Source of the DNA: a virus
Taxonomy: Duplodnaviria > Caudoviricetes
Virus record (IMG/VR): IMGVR_UViG_2974671799_000001
Span: 128,001 to 192,000 of that record
Reading direction: 5' to 3' (one strand)
Length of the DNA: 64,000 bases
In this document: piece after piece, positions 59,586 to 64,000 of the stretch
Numbering within the stretch: position 1 is the stretch's first letter
Layout of the letters: each line of letters begins with the position of its first letter
Notes under the pieces: model-generated
The model's database searches: none
What the model was told of the DNA's origin: nothing
The model's input: the letters and a program-made list of their open reading frames with translations, nothing else
Program-made: the position numbers and the translations under genes

Positions 59586-60263
59586 ATGAAAAATTTATTC
59601 ACAACAGCGTTATTAGTAGGATTTATAATTTTCCTTTATTCATTTTCAAAAGGTGAGCGAGAATTAGCTAATAATATCGAAATCAAAAAAGAGCAAATTA
59701 TAGAACAAATTAAAGTAGAGGCTGTCACAACAGAAGTAATCATTTTAGAGTCTGTAGATAAAGATATTACTACTATAGAGTCTGTAGAGTCTGTAGATAA
59801 AGATATTACTTTAGGTATGGTTAAATATATGGATGCTATCGGAATGCAGGAATCTTCTGATAACTATGATACTATTAATAAGTATGGTTATAAGGGTCGT
59901 TATCAATTTGGTGGTAGTGCATTAAAAGATTTAAAGATACATAATAGGAAAGATTTTCTAAAAAATGAAGAATTACAGGATAATGCTTTTATATCATTAT
60001 GTAGAATAAATAAGTATCGTTTAAGAAAATTCATAAATAAGTATGAAGGGTCTGTTATAAATGGTATTAAAATTACAGAGAGTGGTATTTTAGCTTCTGC
60101 ACATTTAGTTGGTGCAAAATCTGTTAAGGAATATTTAAAAAGTAACGGAAATAAAATAAGAAAAGATGCGAACGGAACAAGTGTTGAAAAGTACATGAAA
60201 AAGTTCGCAGGTTATGAGTTAAACATAACAGCTAAAAGAAAGATTAACTTAAAGAATTTTTAA
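59586..60263 (+). CDS. Lysozyme/lytic-transglycosylase-like protein with N-terminal membrane anchor or signal peptide
   Basis: Hydrophobic N-terminus; AIGMQESS.NY..IN.YGY.GRYQFG..AHLVG. Confidence 0.75.
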   Translation: MKNLFTTALLVGFIIFLYSFSKGERELANNIEIKKEQIIEQIKVEAVTTEVIILESVDKDITTIESVESVDKDITLGMVKYMDAIGMQESSDNYDTINKYGYKGRYQFGGSALKDLKIHNRKDFLKNEELQDNAFISLCRINKYRLRKFINKYEGSVINGIKITESGILASAHLVGAKSVKEYLKSNGNKIRKDANGTSVEKYMKKFAGYELNITAKRKINLKNF

Positions 60264-60267
60264 AAAT

Positions 60268-60732
60268 ATGATTACAAGCGTTGGTTTCCAACTTGAAAAT
60301 GGAATAGGTGGTGTCCTATATGTTAATAAGAATAAAACTCAATTAAAGAAAGTTGAGGTGCAGAAATATATAAGAGAAACATTCCCAATGATTTCAGATA
60401 AGATAAAGGAGTATATTGATGGTAATGGTTATATATTCACAATTAACAATATAACATATTTCAATACTGATGAAGCAATAACAGTAAAAATAACCAATGA
60501 TAAACATGATTTTACTTTATTTAATGATTTGATTAATGGTAAAATTCGAGTTATTGTAACAGATATGTCAACTATGGAAGTTGTGAGGGAATATGATGTA
60601 TTTGATTTATATGAGTACATTAGTGAAGATGTATTAGCTTCTTTAATTGATACACGAAATGAGCATGAGGAATTAATTGTACATTTATGTTTACTATCCG
60701 AAATAATGGTTAAACGTATTCTTATTTCATAG
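60268..60732 (+). CDS. Hypothetical protein
   Basis: 154 aa; TAG stop. Confidence 0.6.
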   Translation: MITSVGFQLENGIGGVLYVNKNKTQLKKVEVQKYIRETFPMISDKIKEYIDGNGYIFTINNITYFNTDEAITVKITNDKHDFTLFNDLINGKIRVIVTDMSTMEVVREYDVFDLYEYISEDVLASLIDTRNEHEELIVHLCLLSEIMVKRILIS

Positions 60733-60800
60733 TTCGACAGTATTCTTTGTTTATTTGGTATTTAATGTATATATTTGCATCAATAATAAAAATAATATAC

Positions 60801-61490
60801 ATGGCAAAAAACGGATTCTCAACCCCTGAAAGAATCATTAAGTTAGAGCAAAAATACAGGAATGATGATATTGTTTATACGATGAACGATACAAGAAAAA
60901 ATAGAGATATTTTATTTGCAATATCATATAAGGTCGCTGTTGGTGTAGGTAAAAGAATTTACAACAATAATGTTTCAAATTCAAAAATCATAACACTTGA
61001 TGATTCTATTCAAAATGGTTATTTAGGTATTAATGAAGCATCTAACAGATGGTTGCAATTAAAAGAGTCGGAAAGACGAAAATATTATTCATTCAATGCA
61101 TATGCCACACCTTGGGTAAATAAATACATTCAATCATTTTTCGAAATGAACGTGTTTATGATTAGTCACCCACACAACATTATTAAGGACATACGTGAAG
61201 ATTTTAGTTTTGGTTCTTTAGATTATAGTGATGCTCATAACATAAATGATTATTTCACAGATAATGATGATTTTACTGATTTCGATTCATTAGATGGTAT
61301 TGATAATAGTAAATTGGAATTTATTAGAAATATTGTTGGTGATTATGATTATAACTTTCTTTTGAAATATTATGATAAATCTATACCTAGAACAGAATTA
61401 GCCAAGATTTTTGATGTTGATTTAAACAATAAAATGAAACTTTTAATTCAAAAGATAAAAATTAAAACTAAGAAATATGAGCAAGTCTGA
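60801..61490 (+). CDS. Sigma70-family sigma factor
   Basis: LDDSIQNGYLGINEASNRW..SFNAYATPWVNKYI matches region 2 (DLIQEG.IGL..A..F.TYA.WWIR); C-terminal RTELAKIFDV HTH-like; ATG 60801 after TATATTTG at 60770-60777. Confidence 0.75.
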   Translation: MAKNGFSTPERIIKLEQKYRNDDIVYTMNDTRKNRDILFAISYKVAVGVGKRIYNNNVSNSKIITLDDSIQNGYLGINEASNRWLQLKESERRKYYSFNAYATPWVNKYIQSFFEMNVFMISHPHNIIKDIREDFSFGSLDYSDAHNINDYFTDNDDFTDFDSLDGIDNSKLEFIRNIVGDYDYNFLLKYYDKSIPRTELAKIFDVDLNNKMKLLIQKIKIKTKKYEQV

Positions 61491-61722
61491 TAACAAAAGT
61501 AAAATAGATGATTTTAAAAGTTATGAAGAGTACTTAGAATCACTAATCCCAAACAATGATGAGGATTCTTTAAGAAAAAAGTATTTCAATAATTTTGAGA
61601 AATATGCATCATATTTAGGTAATGGGGTTTATACATGGGATGGCTTTTATTCATCATGTACAAGAGAGTTATGGTTAATGGGTGCTTTACACAGAGAAAA
61701 AATTATTTTTGAAAAACTATAA
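61477..61722 (+). CDS. Hypothetical protein
   Basis: 81 aa ORF. Confidence 0.55.
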   Translation: MSKSDNKSKIDDFKSYEEYLESLIPNNDEDSLRKKYFNNFEKYASYLGNGVYTWDGFYSSCTRELWLMGALHREKIIFEKL

Positions 61723-61744
61723 ATATAGTATAAATTATGAAAAT

Positions 61745-62221
61745 ATGAGTAAATTACCAAATCCAAAGTTGAAGGATATAAACTTAGGCGAATCACACGC
61801 ATCATTAGGAAGTGCATCTAAATCTAACTTCTCAGAGATTGAAAAATATTTAAGTAATCATAATGAAAGAATAGATGATTTAGAAGAAAATTCAGGTAAT
61901 AATATTGGTTTAGGTGATGATGATATAGTTAATATTGTAAATGCTGTTAGGTCAAGTATGGTTAAAATTATTCCATTGAGCGCAACACATACAGATGGTG
62001 TTACAACACTTCTTGACAATAATTGTACTGTAACACGTTCAGGTAATAAATTTATTATCCAAACACCTAGTGCTATTGAGTATTCACCTATAGGTTTACG
62101 AGACGCAACAACAAAAAGTTATGCAAGCGCATACGATGTAAAAATTGATAACACGAATCAAATAATTGTAAGTTTTTCACCGTTTATTAAACAGAATTTA
62201 GAACTTATTTTATTTGGATAA
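61745..62221 (+). CDS. Probable late/virion protein
   Basis: ATG 61745 after TATAAATA at 61718-61725; short coiled-coil RIDDLE. Confidence 0.55.
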   Translation: MSKLPNPKLKDINLGESHASLGSASKSNFSEIEKYLSNHNERIDDLEENSGNNIGLGDDDIVNIVNAVRSSMVKIIPLSATHTDGVTTLLDNNCTVTRSGNKFIIQTPSAIEYSPIGLRDATTKSYASAYDVKIDNTNQIIVSFSPFIKQNLELILFG

Positions 62222-62236
62222 AAACATTATTTAAAC

Positions 62237-62689
62237 ATGGCAAAGAGAGAAAATAAACAAACAAAGAAAACTTTAACAGTTGATACAGGACTTGAAATGT
62301 CTGATATCGAAAATGCAAAAACTATCGAGGAAACAGTCGAGGAAACAGTCGAGGAAACTAATGAAGTTGAAACAGAGACTAATGAAATAGATTCTGTAGT
62401 TGAAGAAAATGATAATGAAGAGGAAGAGGAAGAAGAAAATGAAGAAGTTACAAATATAACAAACCCTTATAACTTGGATGATGAGCCTGAATTGAGAAAA
62501 TATTTAGTAACATCACTTAATAGGATGGCATCAAATGCATTAGAATCGGGTAATTTATCAATGAATAAAGAGGCGATTGATGATTTTGTAAGGGATGCTT
62601 GTAGTCAATGTAGATATGAAGACTTTGAAAAAGCAAAAGTATTCGCTTATGATACTATTAAAAAGGTTTCTAGTACACTTTTAATGTAA
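62237..62689 (+). CDS. Acidic hypothetical protein
   Basis: Glu-rich, with a 12-bp tandem repeat encoding TVEE. Confidence 0.6.
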   Translation: MAKRENKQTKKTLTVDTGLEMSDIENAKTIEETVEETVEETNEVETETNEIDSVVEENDNEEEEEEENEEVTNITNPYNLDDEPELRKYLVTSLNRMASNALESGNLSMNKEAIDDFVRDACSQCRYEDFEKAKVFAYDTIKKVSSTLLM

Positions 62690-62787
62690 TTTATTACGAA
62701 AAAATTTAATTCAAACAATAAATATATTGATATATTAATGGGTCTAATTAGTTTTAGACCCTTTTGTTTAAATAAAAAATTTAAATT

Positions 62788-63402
62788 ATGATTGAACAAA
62801 TTGAACTACAAGAACAACCACCATTACAAGAACAACCACATATAGTAATTCAACCAATCCCTGATGATTCGGATATTCCTAGTGGTGAACCACCAATTAA
62901 AGCACCAACACCGAGAAAAGTTCCATTAAGTGTTACTCCAACAATTAAATTAAGAGGTAAGGATGTGGCAATTGATAAAATTGATTTGGGTGGTGTTTTC
63001 AGAAACCCTTTGGATAACAAAGAAATTACTAAAAAAGGTAAAAAAGCAATTGATGATGCTTTAGAATTAGAAACAAAAAAGGTACAACATATTGTAGATA
63101 TTGCTGAGAATATCGCATTAAATATTTCACCAAAAGAAGGTGAGACAGTTAATGAAGACACTTTAGATACAGTTTTATCTGAGATTGCAAGTCAAGGACA
63201 ATATGATGATTTATTAGCAGTCAAGAGACTTTTTGCAATTTCTTTTTCGTCATATAATAAAGGTTTATCCGAAAGGACTAAAAATAGATTTGGTTTATCT
63301 AATGACTTAAAGGTTATTGAACCATTTGACCCTTTTGATAAAAAAGATAGTAAAGATGATGAAGACCAAACACCAATAGAGGAACATCATAATAATAATT
63401 AA
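62788..63402 (+). CDS. Hypothetical late protein, Pro-rich N-terminus
   Basis: AACAATAAATA at 62714-62724. Confidence 0.6.
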   Translation: MIEQIELQEQPPLQEQPHIVIQPIPDDSDIPSGEPPIKAPTPRKVPLSVTPTIKLRGKDVAIDKIDLGGVFRNPLDNKEITKKGKKAIDDALELETKKVQHIVDIAENIALNISPKEGETVNEDTLDTVLSEIASQGQYDDLLAVKRLFAISFSSYNKGLSERTKNRFGLSNDLKVIEPFDPFDKKDSKDDEDQTPIEEHHNNN

Positions 63403-63472
63403 CTATTTAAAAATCCGATTTTTATAAGAATCGGATTTTTTGTATAAAAATTACATTTTTCTACAAAAAAAT

Positions 63473-63503
63473 TTTGCAGGTAATTAGAAAAGTTATATAT
63501 TTG
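63473..63503 (+). promoter_or_regulatory. Bacteroidota housekeeping-type promoter driving the RNA cluster (representative of about 20 in the window)
   Basis: TTTG (63473-63476) - 19 nt - TATATTTG (63496-63503). Confidence 0.8.
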
Positions 63504-63519
63504 CATAAGTAATAACAAA

Positions 63520-63593
63520 GCCGAGTTGGTCGAGTGGTTAAGACGCAAGACTCTAAATCTTCGAAATCACGGGTTCGAATCCCGTACTCGGCA
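63520..63593 (+). tRNA. tRNA with CUA anticodon (amber suppressor)
   Basis: Acceptor GCCGAGT/ACTCGGC, D arm GTC..GAC, anticodon arm AAGA-CTCTAAA-TCTT (CTA at 63553-63555), T arm ACGGG-TTCGAAT-CCCGT, discriminator A, CCA not encoded. Confidence 0.88.
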
Positions 63594-63594
63594 C

Positions 63595-63751
63595 AAAGTT
63601 CTTTTGTGTAGCTCGATAGAGAAAAGTGCGTTTTATCACAGGTCTATCCGAAATATCGAGAGCAGGTAACTTAGATGAAGGTTATCACTAGGACTTTAAT
63701 TTTTATTGTAGTTGATAAGGTGAACCAATTAATGTCACCAAACTTACTACA
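63595..63751 (+). ncRNA. Structured RNA elements downstream of the suppressor tRNA
   Basis: AAAGTTCT/AGGACTTT, CTCGATA/TATCGAG, TGTAGT/ACTACA and GGTGA/TCACC helices. Confidence 0.4.
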
Positions 63752-63828
63752 GATGGTGTGTTGACATAGTGATTTGTATTGCCGATTGTAAAAACATTAT
63801 AACCGTAGTTCGAATCCACCACACGTCA
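63752..63828 (+). pseudogene. Degenerate tRNA-like element (possibly a decayed GUA/Tyr-type tRNA)
   Basis: GTTCGAATC T loop at 63808-63816, imperfect acceptor and T stems, TTGTAAA loop-like segment, ends A-CAA like the upstream tRNA. Confidence 0.4.
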
Positions 63829-64000
63829 CAAACTAAAAGCCCTAATTGGGTCAACTATTGGAGAATGGTTTAGAACAACCAACCGCCAATTAAAATAATG
63901 TAAGGTGAAAATCAGTTATTAGTTGAATGCTGATATGGTAATTTTAATACTAAATTATTCCGAACCCATTTGCGCTAGGGTCATGTATTAAAAGTAAGTA

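Noticed and set aside
35213-62358. Short tandem repeats (GGAACTGGG x3 near 35213; TCGAGGAAACAG x3 near 62325)
   Set aside because: In-frame coding microsatellites in low-complexity linkers; no sign of phase variation.
13560-63161. Numerous minus-strand ORFs in the track (e.g. 13560-14201, 16731-17267, 28434-28952, 62850-63161)
   Set aside because: Antisense shadows of well-supported plus-strand genes, with Ser/Phe/Leu-rich composition and no promoters or motifs.
63594-63660. HDV-like theta ribozyme at the tRNA 3' end
   Set aside because: I could not fit the nested double-pseudoknot by eye; a descriptor search would be needed, so it is not called.
1-64000. Wholesale TAG stop-codon reassignment
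   Set aside because: Long conserved genes are uninterrupted in the standard code, and most TAG stops are followed shortly by another stop.

Overview
A very AT-rich, gene-dense 64 kb segment of a large T4-related (myovirus-type, probably jumbo) phage. The host is inferred to be Bacteroidota/Flavobacteriaceae from about 20 TAnnTTTG host-type promoters, A-rich leaders without Shine-Dalgarno motifs, and Flavobacterium-like NrdA/NrdB. Replication genes: DinG-type helicase, 5'-3' exonuclease, and a family B polymerase split into two genes around a probable sliding clamp. Nucleotide metabolism genes: thyA, nrdB, nrdA, DHFR and a HAD nucleotidase. It also encodes two sigma factors (gp55-like and sigma70-like), head/neck/baseplate/tail-fibre proteins, and a lysis module (Amidase_3 plus two T4 T-like holin paralogues). 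An RNA cluster starts at the right end. Most notable observations: (1) about a dozen mostly late-promoter genes, including three zinc proteases and an ADP-ribosyltransferase-like domain, share an N-terminal leader resembling the T4 capsid-targeting/prohead-protease signal; two large proteins look like E|S-punctuated polyproteins, together suggesting a virion-packaged, protease-matured effector set. (2) A CUA-anticodon amber-suppressor tRNA in a segment that is not recoded, with one in-frame TAG-GAT-ATG gene junction. (3) Two ~410 bp non-coding repeats 43 kb apart with iteron-like and IHF-like sites (origin candidates). (4) Several unassigned structured RNA candidates. All functional calls come from motif recognition by eye; no database searches were run.
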